From Nitrospinales bacterium (lineage in GTDB: Bacteria; Nitrospinota; Nitrospinia; Nitrospinales; VA-1), in NCBI GenBank assembly GCA_047610985.1, contig JBLFWU010000009.1, positions 12,607 through 76,606 of the forward strand: a stretch of 64,000 bases of DNA. Direction: 5' to 3'. How positions within the stretch are numbered: the first letter of the stretch is position 1; each line of letters starts with the position of its first letter. Of the stretch, positions 1 to 8,778 are shown in pieces. The position numbers were made by a program, and so were the translations under genes. The notes below the pieces were generated by a model. It saw only the letters and a program-made list of their open reading frames with translations, had not been told where the DNA came from and searched no databases.

Positions 1-77
1 TTAAAGAGCCGCTCAGGGCCAAAAACAATTTTTAAAGAAGCCAATCTATAATTTATCGAATAATCGGCGCGTTTTCT

Positions 78-1238
78 TTAGCTTTCTCTCCACGAGGACG
101 CAGTATTATTGAGGCTAACCGCTTTCACCAGGATTTTGATCACCGAATCCAACTCCGCTTTTGTAGTACTGCAACCTAAGCTGAAGCGAATAGAACTGTT
201 AATTTTGATATCAGGCAAACCCATAGCCTGCAAGACATGTGATGGCAATCCACTACCAGAACTGCAGGCAGAACCCGTTGACACCGCCACGCCTTCCATA
301 TCCATAGCAATCAAAAGCGTGTCCCCTTCCACACCTTCAAACCCCAAATTCAAAGTATTGGGCAAGCTATTTTGCATATCACCCAATAACTCGGCGCCAG
401 GGATCATTTCGCATACTTTATTATAAAAATAATCTTTCAATTCCGCGACCCGCGAAATTTCCAAGGTAGAAATTCTTTCAATAGCTATTTCACAGGCCTT
501 TCCAAAGCCAATTATACTGGCTACATTTTCTGTTCCCCCTCTTCTCTTCTTTTCCTGACTTCCACCACTGATCGGCGAGAAAAGAGCCGGCGTTCCTTTT
601 CTAAGGAATAAAGCCCCTACCCCCTTTGGACCATTAAACTTATGTGCGGAAATCGACAGCATGTCGACGGGATAATCTTTCAAGTCGAACTTTAACTTTG
701 CAACACTCTGCACGGCATCCGTATGGAATAAAACTCCCTTGCTCCGCGCCAATTCACTTACCTTTTTAATATCTTGTAAAACCCCGGTTTCGCTGTTCGC
801 ATGTTGCAGTGAGATTAAAGTGGTCGATTCAGTTATTTGCGATTCCAGGTCACCTATATCAATACGTCCAAACTGATCAACATCAAGATAGTGAACTTCG
901 ACCCCCTGCCCTTCCAATTGACGGCAGGGATTGAGTATCGAAGGATGCTCCGTTTTGCTGGTAATTATTTTTTTGCCTTTACCTTGAAGCGCGACACCTA
1001 AAAGCGCAAGGTTGTTTGCCTCGGTTCCACCACTGGTAAAGATGATTTCTGTAGAGCTGGCACCGATCAAACGAGCCACCTTTTCCCGCGCTTCATCCAA
1101 TTGAACTCTAGCTGAACGACCGAACGAATGAATGCTGGAAGGATTACCAAAATTGTCCCGCAAAGCAGGCAACATCGCATTCAAAACTTCAGGATGCAAC
1201 GGGGTCGTTGCATTATGATCGAGATAAATCTTTTCCAT
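78..1238 (-). CDS. nifS: cysteine desulfurase (class V aminotransferase, NifS/IscS type)
   Basis: 386-aa ORF. N-terminal YLDHNATTP, PLP-lysine motif SAHKFNGPKGVG and active-site Cys loop STGSACSSG. Confidence 0.9.
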   Translation of the reverse strand: MEKIYLDHNATTPLHPEVLNAMLPALRDNFGNPSSIHSFGRSARVQLDEAREKVARLIGASSTEIIFTSGGTEANNLALLGVALQGKGKKIITSKTEHPSILNPCRQLEGQGVEVHYLDVDQFGRIDIGDLESQITESTTLISLQHANSETGVLQDIKKVSELARSKGVLFHTDAVQSVAKLKFDLKDYPVDMLSISAHKFNGPKGVGALFLRKGTPALFSPISGGSQEKKRRGGTENVASIIGFGKACEIAIERISTLEISRVAELKDYFYNKVCEMIPGAELLGDMQNSLPNTLNLGFEGVEGDTLLIAMDMEGVAVSTGSACSSGSGLPSHVLQAMGLPDIKINSSIRFSLGCSTTKAELDSVIKILVKAVSLNNTASSWRES

Positions 1239-1292
1239 AATAACCCTACATTAGTAAACGAACAGGAAATATACAACAGAGGCTAACAAGAC

Positions 1293-2009
1293 CTAACCGG
1301 AGCTCTTTTTTCTAGCGGTTTCGTCAATCGAGGATGAGTCGGTAATGCCATTTTCTTTTAACGTTTCTTTCAACTGGCGAATTTCTTTTTGCATTTCTGG
1401 CAAGCGATCCAACATACATTCAATAGCCCTCGCAACCGGATCAGGAAAAGATTCGGTTTCATCATCGTCTTCTAAGTCAGAAGAGATGCCAGAGAAAACA
1501 ACTCGGCCGGGTACACCTATCACTGTCGAATATTCCGGGACATTCTGTAAAACCACCGAGCCAGATCCGATTTTAGTGTTGCAACCAATTTTAATAGGCC
1601 CAAGAATCTTGGCTCCGGCACCAATAACCACATCATTAGATATCGTTGGATGACGCTTTCCCCTTTTGGTAGCCAATCCCCCCAAAGTCACACCCTGATA
1701 GATGAAAACATTGTCTCCTACTTCAGATGTCTCTCCAATGACCACACCCATACCATGATCAATAAAAAACCGATTCCCAATAATAGCAGCCGGGTGTATT
1801 TCAATCCCAGTGAACCACCGGGAAAGTTGAGACAAAGCTCGGGCAATAAATTTAAACCCGATTCCCCAAAGCCAATGCGTTATTCGATAGGTCACCAGCG
1901 CATGAACGCCTGGATAAAGAATAAGAACCTCCAGCGCATTTCTTGCCGCCGGGTCTTTTTCCAGAGCAACCGCAATATCTTCTTTTATCTGCCGAAGCAT
2001 CATAGACAT
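1293..2009 (-). CDS. cysE: serine O-acetyltransferase
   Basis: 238 aa. N-terminal SATase helical region ([16 protein letters not shown]), then left-handed hexapeptide repeats ([41 protein letters not shown]). Confidence 0.9.
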   Translation of the reverse strand: MSMMLRQIKEDIAVALEKDPAARNALEVLILYPGVHALVTYRITHWLWGIGFKFIARALSQLSRWFTGIEIHPAAIIGNRFFIDHGMGVVIGETSEVGDNVFIYQGVTLGGLATKRGKRHPTISNDVVIGAGAKILGPIKIGCNTKIGSGSVVLQNVPEYSTVIGVPGRVVFSGISSDLEDDDETESFPDPVARAIECMLDRLPEMQKEIRQLKETLKENGITDSSSIDETARKKSSG

Positions 2010-2106
2010 ATAACCTGTTGTTAATCTTTATATTATAGCGCAGTCCAGCCCATACGCAATGCCTGCATATTTGGACAAGTGGAGATCTAAATGGCGGGGG
2101 AGAAAA

Positions 2107-2787
2107 CTATTTGTACATAAGAGATACTAATTGAGCGCGGGCATGCACTCGAAACTTGGAATAAACCTTTTTTAAATGGTCTTTTACTGTGTGTGGACTC
2201 AAATTAAGCTTCCTGGCAATTTCCTTGTCACTCAAACCTTCACAAATCAAGCGAGCCACATCGGCTTCCCTTTGAGTTAAGCCTGCCTCTTGCATTAAAA
2301 AGTGTATTTGTTTTTCAAGCTTGTCGTCTTCCTTGTGGCTAATCAAATCATCATTTTCTGTTTCAGCTTTATCAAACATTTTCAGATTCTCTCGCGCCCG
2401 ACTTGAAAGCGTTTTCAAGATCGCCATCAAAGTATCTGGATAGGAGGCCAATTTAGAATGGAACAAATCATGCGTTATTTCCAATAACTGGGTAACACCA
2501 GAAGACACCACCTTCGCAGAACGGGGCTTAGACTCGATCAAAGCCATCTCTCCCAGATACTCGCCCATACCCCGAAGAGCAATCTCCGTTTGATGTTTGA
2601 TTACAGTCAATCCACCTGAAAGAATGACAAACATGGAGTTGCCTTCTTCGCCATCTTCAAATAACACTTCTCCATCTTCCAAGTTCTTAAATAAACATTC
2701 GCTGGCAACAGAATCTAAAACATCCTCAGGAAGGTTTTTCAGGAAGTCAATTTTAGACAAAAAATCTAAATTTGTTAACTCAGACAC
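2107..2787 (-). CDS. transcriptional regulator, N-terminal cyclic-nucleotide-binding domain plus C-terminal LuxR/GerE HTH
   Basis: cNMP-binding beta-barrel with phosphate-binding cassette GEMALIESKPRSAKVV. C-terminal LTQREADVARLICEGLSDKEIARKLNLSPHTVKDHLKKVYSKF is a typical GerE-type HTH. Confidence 0.85.
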   Translation of the reverse strand: MSELTNLDFLSKIDFLKNLPEDVLDSVASECLFKNLEDGEVLFEDGEEGNSMFVILSGGLTVIKHQTEIALRGMGEYLGEMALIESKPRSAKVVSSGVTQLLEITHDLFHSKLASYPDTLMAILKTLSSRARENLKMFDKAETENDDLISHKEDDKLEKQIHFLMQEAGLTQREADVARLICEGLSDKEIARKLNLSPHTVKDHLKKVYSKFRVHARAQLVSLMYK

Positions 2788-2915
2788 TCAAGCACCATTA
2801 AGTAATTAACACCGAAAATTTTAAAACACATACTGAGGTTATACGAGCGGGATTATAGCATTTTTTTAGGGGTAGATATTTTGGCAAAAAATTATAATTG
2901 GGATTGCTGAACAAA

Positions 2916-4445
2916 TCACATTTTCAAACTAAAGCCAAACAAATAAATGTTTTGAGTAAAGTCAACAGACGTTAAATTAGAATTGCTCATGACTCGTTTC
3001 ACATTAATATTAACTTCAAGGGCATCAATAATTGACCGGCTTAAACTTAACTGAACCGTATGTTTTGCATCAAAACGTCGCTCGCCTATGCTGGGTGTAA
3101 CATTTTTATAATTTGAATAATTAAAGCTGTAGTTCAAGGTAGTTTTTAATTTTAAAGGACCAGGCAAACGCAACCCCGCACTTGCCGAATGGCCTAACAA
3201 ATCGAATCTAGGATCTTCTGTATCCCCCAAGTCTAAACCATAACGTACTAGAATATAAGCTTTGCTCTCCAAAAAAAAGAAAAACTGGCTTAAGCTCCAG
3301 GAATGATTTGTCCCATCGCGAGTATTACTGGATATGAAGTTTGTTTTGCTAAAAGAATAGCTGGCGAAGGTATAAAAGTTTGGAATCGGAATAAAACTGA
3401 TACGCGGATTAATATTATGCGTCGCAACAAAATCACTTCGATCAAGAAAGCTATAACTATAGCTATAACTTAGGTCGGCATCCCAATTTTCAAAAGAATA
3501 TGATGTAGAAGTGTTAAAGCTATGAGCCTGGTAATCAAATTCAGGAAGTTTATCCCAAAGGCTCTGAGAAAAATCATAACCAATTTCAAGGCTCGCCTTT
3601 TTACTACTATATAAACTTGCCCCCACACCCACATCATAGTTCAACGACATATCTTGTTCGTTTGATATCGTATCCTGTTCCACGATTGAGACATTGTCGT
3701 CGTACTGCCAGTTCACTCCAGCAGTGATCCACCATGGCTTATCATTGGCGGCTGCACTCCCCATTTGTTCGAGTAATTTTTTTGAATGTCTAGCCGTTTC
3801 GGTTTCAGGATCGTCTTCCAGCACCATCTCGAGGGCCAGTTTTGCATCTTCCTTTTCGTTCATTTCCATATACGCGATAGCAATTTGGAATAAAGCAGTC
3901 TGGTTGAGAGAAGGGTCCAGGCTCATAGCTGTTTGAAAGTTGATTAAAGAATCTTCAAATTTCTCCATTTGCTGCAGGGTGAGGCCTATAAATAAATACG
4001 CGGAAGCATTTTGTGGCTCTTCCTCCAATACCATTTCAAATTCTTTGATAGCCTCGGTATTGGATTTGTTCTTAAAGTAAGCAATCCCCAACTGCAGACG
4101 AGCGCCTTTATAATTTGGATTGAGCTCAAGAACTTTTTTAAACGTTACAATGGCTTCATTAAACTTTTCTGCCTTATTAAAGGTCAGTCCCTTAAAATAA
4201 TGAGCCTCAAGGTTGGTGGGGTCTTTTTCTAATAGCAGAGAAAATTCTCGCAAGGCCGGATCAAACTTTCCCTCATTATAAAATTGTAAACCACGAATAA
4301 GAGAGGGGGAATTTGCTTCTTCTGCTTGGACAGGATGCAACCATAGAAAAAGGGAAAGAAATAAGAAAAGAAAATATTTCAGCACAGTTACAAGCCCGTC
4401 TAAAGAAGAAAAAAAGATATTATCTGATTCCTGACTATTTTCCAA
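2916..4445 (-). CDS. outer-membrane protein, N-terminal TPR repeats plus C-terminal beta-barrel-like region
   Basis: 509 aa. Hydrophobic signal/anchor, about 5 TPR units (aa 50-230), then about 270 aa of alternating Y/S/N/D-rich amphipathic strands typical of an OM barrel. Confidence 0.6.
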   Translation of the reverse strand: MENSQESDNIFFSSLDGLVTVLKYFLFLFLSLFLWLHPVQAEEANSPSLIRGLQFYNEGKFDPALREFSLLLEKDPTNLEAHYFKGLTFNKAEKFNEAIVTFKKVLELNPNYKGARLQLGIAYFKNKSNTEAIKEFEMVLEEEPQNASAYLFIGLTLQQMEKFEDSLINFQTAMSLDPSLNQTALFQIAIAYMEMNEKEDAKLALEMVLEDDPETETARHSKKLLEQMGSAAANDKPWWITAGVNWQYDDNVSIVEQDTISNEQDMSLNYDVGVGASLYSSKKASLEIGYDFSQSLWDKLPEFDYQAHSFNTSTSYSFENWDADLSYSYSYSFLDRSDFVATHNINPRISFIPIPNFYTFASYSFSKTNFISSNTRDGTNHSWSLSQFFFFLESKAYILVRYGLDLGDTEDPRFDLLGHSASAGLRLPGPLKLKTTLNYSFNYSNYKNVTPSIGERRFDAKHTVQLSLSRSIIDALEVNINVKRVMSNSNLTSVDFTQNIYLFGFSLKM

Positions 4446-4501
4446 TAGTAATCAATAGGTTAAAACTTGATACTGCTTAATTATTAGACGTTTTTTAGCG
4501 G

Positions 4502-4515
4502 GTTGACGGGTCAAC
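4502..4515. promoter_or_regulatory. perfect palindrome GTTGAC-gg-GTCAAC, 57-70 nt upstream of the TPR/barrel gene start
   Basis: Read directly from the sequence. The 2-nt spacer is too short for a hairpin loop, so a dimeric protein-binding site is more plausible than an RNA structure. Confidence 0.3.
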
Positions 4516-4564
4516 ATCAGAACTTTTTAAGAAGATTTTTACCCCCCCCCATGGTTTTGGGAGA

Positions 4565-6706
4565 TCATTTTTCCTTTTCCTTCTTTTCCTTGTCTTTCTT
4601 TGCTGCATCGGCGGCGGCTTGGGCAACAGCTTGTGCAGCAGCATCGGCAGCAGCTTGCGCAGCAGCATCGGCAGCAGCTTGTGCAGCAGCATCGGCAGCG
4701 GCTTGCGCAGCAGCATCAGCAGCGGCTTGCGCAGCAGCATCAGCAGCGGCTTGCGCAGCAGCATCGGCAGCAGCTTGTGCAGCAGCATCGGCAGCGGCTT
4801 GTGCAGCAGCACCTTTGGCAGATTTGTCTGCAGCATCTTTCGCGGCTTTGTCGGCGGCACCTTTGGCAGATTTGTCTGCAGCATCTTTCGCGGCTTTGTC
4901 AGCTGCACCTTTGGCTGACTTGTCTGCAGCATCTTTCGCGGCTTTGTCGGCGACACCTTTGGCTGACTTGTCTGCAGCATCTTTCGCGGCTTTGTCAGCT
5001 GCACCTTTGGCTGACTTGTCTGCGACTTCTTTGGCTGACCTATTTGCCGAATCTTTTGCTACTTTCTTCGAAACATTTTTAACTACATCTTTCGTCGCGG
5101 CTTTGACCGTATCTTTTGAAACGGTCTTAACGGCATCATTGGTTGCTAACTTCACCACATCTTTCGTAGCAGTCTTAACAGATTCTTTTGAAACATTCTT
5201 AGCCGCTCCATTTGCTTGATCCTTCACCTGACTCTTTGTTGCTAATTTTGTGGGGGCTTTTATTGGACTCTGCTCAATATTGGTATTGGATCCCTTCTCC
5301 TGCTTGGCCGTAACGGGGTTTACAGAAACTTTTCCGTCTTGTTTGCTGGCGGGCTGGCTTTCACCATTTTCGTTAGTCGAATCCGATTCTTTTTTCGAAT
5401 TTTTCGGGTTTTGCGAATCTTTATTTTTTGCGTCTTTGAAAGAAGGAAAAGGAGATGTGTTCTTTGATGTCAATTTGGCTAATTTAAATCGAGGTTTCTG
5501 CACCGATTCTTTAGACACAACCTTATTTTTCGATGTTTTCTCAGCTTTCTTTAAGCTCACACCTCTTTCTTCTGCCAGTTTAAGAGATTTGCCCTTGCCT
5601 ACTTTAACTTCCTTGGCTCCTTTGGATCCTTTTTCCTTACTCCCTTTGCCTGCTTTTCCTTTGTCAGCTTTTCCCTTATCGCCCTTTCCTTTATTGCCTT
5701 TATCCTTATTTTTGCCATTACCGTTATTGCTCTTTTCTTTATCTTTACCGAAAGCGTTTCCGTTATTTGATTTAACAACGGCAGCCGCAACCCCTTTGGC
5801 AATTTCCTGAATCTGGCCTTTCGCTACAATTGCTTTTTTTCCAAGCCTTCCGTTGGCGAGCAAGGGTGCCGTTTCAATAGAACCCGATATACCAATAAAA
5901 GATGTCTTACCCAATTTATCGACCGTCACGACAAACTCTGTACCACGCACACCGGCTACAGCCGTTGGCGTTACCACTTTAAAGCTCGATCCTTTTGCTT
6001 TCCCTTTGGTAACGACAAAGCGAACGGTTCCCAAAGCCACATGGACTACGGTTTGCCTAAGATCTTTATCGGGGTCATAAATATGTTTTTTAATACTGAC
6101 ATTGGTTTTTTCTCCAAGTGTCAAGGTACTTTTATCATCAAAAGTAAAAGTGGCTTCAGAATCAGATTTGGTTTTTATCCGGTCATTCATAAAAACCGGC
6201 GAAGCCAGTTTCACATTTGACGAATTAACTTCTCCATCATGAAATTGAAGAATATTTCCTTCCGCTCCTGTTGCGATTCCGACATCAGCAGACCTCACAA
6301 CCCCCTGCTTTTTTAAAAACAATTTTTGCTCAAATAAATTTCTTCCAGGGGGTTCACCTGATAAAGCGTAGGTAAGACGAACAAATTCCTGCTCCGTCAA
6401 CACCCCTGTTGCATCTTTTTTACTCAGAACATTAAACCCACGAATTTTCAATATTCTGGAAGTCTTTGCAAAAAGTTGCTCAGGCGATAAATTGATATGA
6501 TTTTTAGGGAGAAAGGGGTGGTCGGGTTGGTTCTTGGCAATCATTGCTACGAAATCTGCTCTGTTAACCTGGGAATTATCAGGAGTGGCAGAAGTAAAAA
6601 CAAAAAAACAAAACACCAGCGCAACCCCTTTCAGGAAGCGGGATAAGAACAGTGTAATGTTTTTCGTATAAATTTCCATAACACTCAATATTAAAATGGA
6701 TTCCAA
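4565..6706 (-). CDS. FecR-domain envelope protein with a long Lys/Ala-rich repetitive C-terminal tail
   Basis: 713 aa. N-terminal hydrophobic segment; the start could be the internal Met at 6679. FecR-type signature ...VHVALGTVRFVV...FKVVTPTAVAGVRGTEFVV. The C-terminal ~350 aa are low complexity (K/N/G-rich, 11-mer-like KDxVK repeats, then the KGAADKAAKDAADKSA and AAQAAADA arrays). Confidence 0.75.
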   Translation of the reverse strand: MESILILSVMEIYTKNITLFLSRFLKGVALVFCFFVFTSATPDNSQVNRADFVAMIAKNQPDHPFLPKNHINLSPEQLFAKTSRILKIRGFNVLSKKDATGVLTEQEFVRLTYALSGEPPGRNLFEQKLFLKKQGVVRSADVGIATGAEGNILQFHDGEVNSSNVKLASPVFMNDRIKTKSDSEATFTFDDKSTLTLGEKTNVSIKKHIYDPDKDLRQTVVHVALGTVRFVVTKGKAKGSSFKVVTPTAVAGVRGTEFVVTVDKLGKTSFIGISGSIETAPLLANGRLGKKAIVAKGQIQEIAKGVAAAVVKSNNGNAFGKDKEKSNNGNGKNKDKGNKGKGDKGKADKGKAGKGSKEKGSKGAKEVKVGKGKSLKLAEERGVSLKKAEKTSKNKVVSKESVQKPRFKLAKLTSKNTSPFPSFKDAKNKDSQNPKNSKKESDSTNENGESQPASKQDGKVSVNPVTAKQEKGSNTNIEQSPIKAPTKLATKSQVKDQANGAAKNVSKESVKTATKDVVKLATNDAVKTVSKDTVKAATKDVVKNVSKKVAKDSANRSAKEVADKSAKGAADKAAKDAADKSAKGVADKAAKDAADKSAKGAADKAAKDAADKSAKGAADKAAKDAADKSAKGAAAQAAADAAAQAAADAAAQAAADAAAQAAADAAAQAAADAAAQAAADAAAQAAADAAAQAVAQAAADAAKKDKEKKEKEK
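4600..4810. repeat. in-frame 24-bp tandem repeat, about 8.5 copies (encodes AAQAAADA on the minus strand)
   Basis: Seven clean 24-bp units GCAGCATCGGCAGC(A/G)GCTTG(C/T)GCA span 4638-4805, plus a degenerate copy upstream. Variation between copies is limited to a few positions. Confidence 0.9.
4811..5030. repeat. in-frame 48-bp tandem repeat, about 4.5 copies (encodes KGAADKAAKDAADKSA on the minus strand)
   Basis: Unit ACCTTTGGC(A/T)GA(T/C)TTGTCTGCAGCATCTTTCGCGGCTTTGTC(G/A)GC(G/T)(G/A)C repeats at 4811, 4859, 4907 and 4955, with a partial copy from 5003. Confidence 0.9.
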
Positions 6707-6764
6707 AGGTTTCCAGGATAGAGTTACTTTCCATCCTTTTTACAGTGTTCCTCCAATTTGACTT

Positions 6765-6801
6765 AATAGCAACCCCCCGAACGGGGGGGGTTATTGCTAT
6801 T
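6765..6801 (-). terminator. GC-rich stem-loop about 100 nt downstream of the GGDEF/EAL gene stop
   Basis: AATAGCAACCCCCC-GAAC-GGGGGGGGTTATTGCTATT is a long imperfect hairpin with C6/G8 runs. No clear U-tract on either strand, so it is not a canonical intrinsic terminator. Confidence 0.35.
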
Positions 6802-6805
6802 AACT

Positions 6806-6849
6806 AAGTTGTGACGAAGGGGCACACAAAGTTGTGACAAAAGATCACA
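6806..6849. promoter_or_regulatory. direct repeat AAGTTGTGAC (x2, 23-bp pitch) with TGTGA/TCACA inverted half-sites, 100-140 nt upstream of the FecR-domain gene
   Basis: AAGTTGTGAC occurs at 6806-6815 and 6829-6838. The second copy forms TTGTGA-caaaaga-TCACAA (6833-6849). Confidence 0.35.
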
Positions 6850-6897
6850 AGTGTTCCATACCAGACTTACAAATCTGGGTGGAAACAAGAATCATCT

Positions 6898-8778
6898 CTA
6901 TATTAAATTATTCAATTGGAACTTCTTCAGAATAGGGCCAAGACTTTCGGAGGGTAAAGGTTTTTCTATAATATTTCCTTGAATTGCATCGCAGTTATGT
7001 TCGCAAAGGAAACCTTTTTGTTCTTCTGTTTCGACTCCTTGAGCGGTTGTTTTCAAATTTAGGCTTTTACCAATAGTAATAATTGCATTGGTTATGGTGT
7101 TATTGGGCCCCGTGAATAATCTATTCACCAAACCCCGGTCAATATTCAAGGAGTTTAAAGGCAAAGTTGCCAGGGTTTTAAGGGAAGACAAACCCATACT
7201 AAAATTATCAAGGGTAATTTTTGCTCCCATTTCACTAATTTCATTTATCTGCTTTTTTTGCTCCACCGAAGTTTTAACTAAATTAGTTTCGGAAATTTCA
7301 ACTTCAACAAATCCCGATAGAAGGCCTGATTTACTAATAAATTTATCCAGAGCTTGATAAAATTTGGGGTTCATCAGTTGACTGTTGGACAAATTAATTG
7401 CCAAAGGTAAGGGGGACAACCCTTCTTTTTTCCATGCTTCAATTTGTTTTAGAATATTTTCGAATACCCAATCACCAATGGGAAGCATCAACCCTTTTTC
7501 TTCTGCAAAGGGAATAAAGTCTCCTGGCATAATAAGACCCTTTTCAGGGTGGTTCCACCTGAGTAATACTTCCAGACTCTTACAAAGACCCGTTTTCGAG
7601 TCAACTCTAGGTTGATAATTTAAAACAAATGCATCATCTTCCAATGCCCTGTGCAAATCATTTTTGAGATCAAATCTTTTTTGAGCCACAGAGAGCATTT
7701 CAGGATCATGCATATTATAAGTATTTTTTTCCTGTGCCTTGGCTCGATACATAGCCGCATCTGCATTTTTATAAAGTGTTTCGACATCATTACCATCATT
7801 GGGGTAAACAGCTATTCCTATACTAAAACTAGTGTAAATTTCATGCTCATCAATTTGAAAAGCAGGCTTGAGAGTTTCTATTATTCTTTCTGCAAGTGCG
7901 GTTGAATAGTTCCCGTCTTTCAATCCACTCAACAGAACAACAAACTCATCGCCCCCTATCCTTGCAACGGTATCCTCGCCTCTCAATAATCCTGTCAAAC
8001 GATTAGCTACTTGTTTTAACAACTCATCTCCAACCGAATGCCCCAGAGTATCGTTAACCGATTTAAAGTCATCCATATCCAAAAATAGCAATGCAAACTT
8101 TTGTTTATTACGGTCAGAATAAGCAAGAGCCAATTGAATTCTGTCATTGATCATGTTGCGGTTCGGCAAATTGGTGAGAGGATCAAAAAAAGCCATTCGC
8201 TTCATTTTAGATTGCATCTGCCGGAATTCAGTAAGGTCTCGCACGATAGCAACTAGGGCGCTATCATCGCGCAAGATCATCAATCTCATCTTCACTTTTA
8301 CGGGGTAAACCGTTCCATCTTTTCTCTTTTGAAAAGCTTCAAAAACCTGAATTAATTTTTGCCCGTTAATGAGTTTCTGAGCATAGACATCAAACTCCAA
8401 GCGTGAATGATCTTCCCAAAATTCATAAAGCCCTCTCCCCTTAATATTTTCCTTCCTATAACCTATATTTGATGATGCAACAGAATTGGTTTGGGTAATT
8501 TTATAATCTTGGGGATCTATGATGTAAATCTCATTGGTGGTATCGTCAAGCACCTGTGACAATTGTTCTGCATTATCCTTAGCAAGAATAAGTTCGGCAT
8601 TCATCCCGTCGATAACATCCAGATCTTTTCGAGCTCTTTGTGAAAGCGTTTTTAGAAGGGCAAATAAGGATTGAGAATGGGCAGCAAATTCTTCCTGAAA
8701 CTTTTCTTCTGTAATTTCAAGTAACTGAGATTTCATTTCAGCACGAATGGTGGCAGATCTAGGCTCAGATTCTATCAC
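6898..8778 (-). CDS. PAS-GGDEF-EAL c-di-GMP signalling protein, 3' part of a gene interrupted inside its N-terminal cNMP-binding domain
   Basis: 626-aa ORF opening with IESEPRSATIRA, the second half of a cNMP phosphate-binding cassette. PAS region, intact GGDEF (RIGGDEFVV) with an RxxD I-site (RGED), then an EAL domain (EVLLRW) with substitutions at conserved catalytic positions. Confidence 0.85.
   Translation of the reverse strand: MIESEPRSATIRAEMKSQLLEITEEKFQEEFAAHSQSLFALLKTLSQRARKDLDVIDGMNAELILAKDNAEQLSQVLDDTTNEIYIIDPQDYKITQTNSVASSNIGYRKENIKGRGLYEFWEDHSRLEFDVYAQKLINGQKLIQVFEAFQKRKDGTVYPVKVKMRLMILRDDSALVAIVRDLTEFRQMQSKMKRMAFFDPLTNLPNRNMINDRIQLALAYSDRNKQKFALLFLDMDDFKSVNDTLGHSVGDELLKQVANRLTGLLRGEDTVARIGGDEFVVLLSGLKDGNYSTALAERIIETLKPAFQIDEHEIYTSFSIGIAVYPNDGNDVETLYKNADAAMYRAKAQEKNTYNMHDPEMLSVAQKRFDLKNDLHRALEDDAFVLNYQPRVDSKTGLCKSLEVLLRWNHPEKGLIMPGDFIPFAEEKGLMLPIGDWVFENILKQIEAWKKEGLSPLPLAINLSNSQLMNPKFYQALDKFISKSGLLSGFVEVEISETNLVKTSVEQKKQINEISEMGAKITLDNFSMGLSSLKTLATLPLNSLNIDRGLVNRLFTGPNNTITNAIITIGKSLNLKTTAQGVETEEQKGFLCEHNCDAIQGNIIEKPLPSESLGPILKKFQLNNLI

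Noticed and set aside
4600-5030. Possible CRISPR array, because of regularly spaced repeats
   Set aside because: The repeats are directly tandem with no unique spacers. Unit lengths (24 and 48 bp) are multiples of three, they are in frame within a CDS, and no cas genes are present.
4495-5219. Four ORFs of 99-238 aa (4495-5004, 4503-5219, 4600-5082, 4619-4918) on both strands within the repeat region
   Set aside because: All are translations of the same 24/48-bp tandem repeats in other frames or on the other strand, giving monotonous LLP/AAS/QQH peptides. The FecR-domain frame is the only one continuous with a recognisable domain.
6833-6849. Canonical CRP-binding site
   Set aside because: The half-sites TGTGA/TCACA are perfect, but the spacer is 7 nt, not 6. 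The only cNMP-dependent regulator in the window has a LuxR-type HTH, not a CRP-type winged HTH. It is reported only as a repeat/palindrome of unknown binder.
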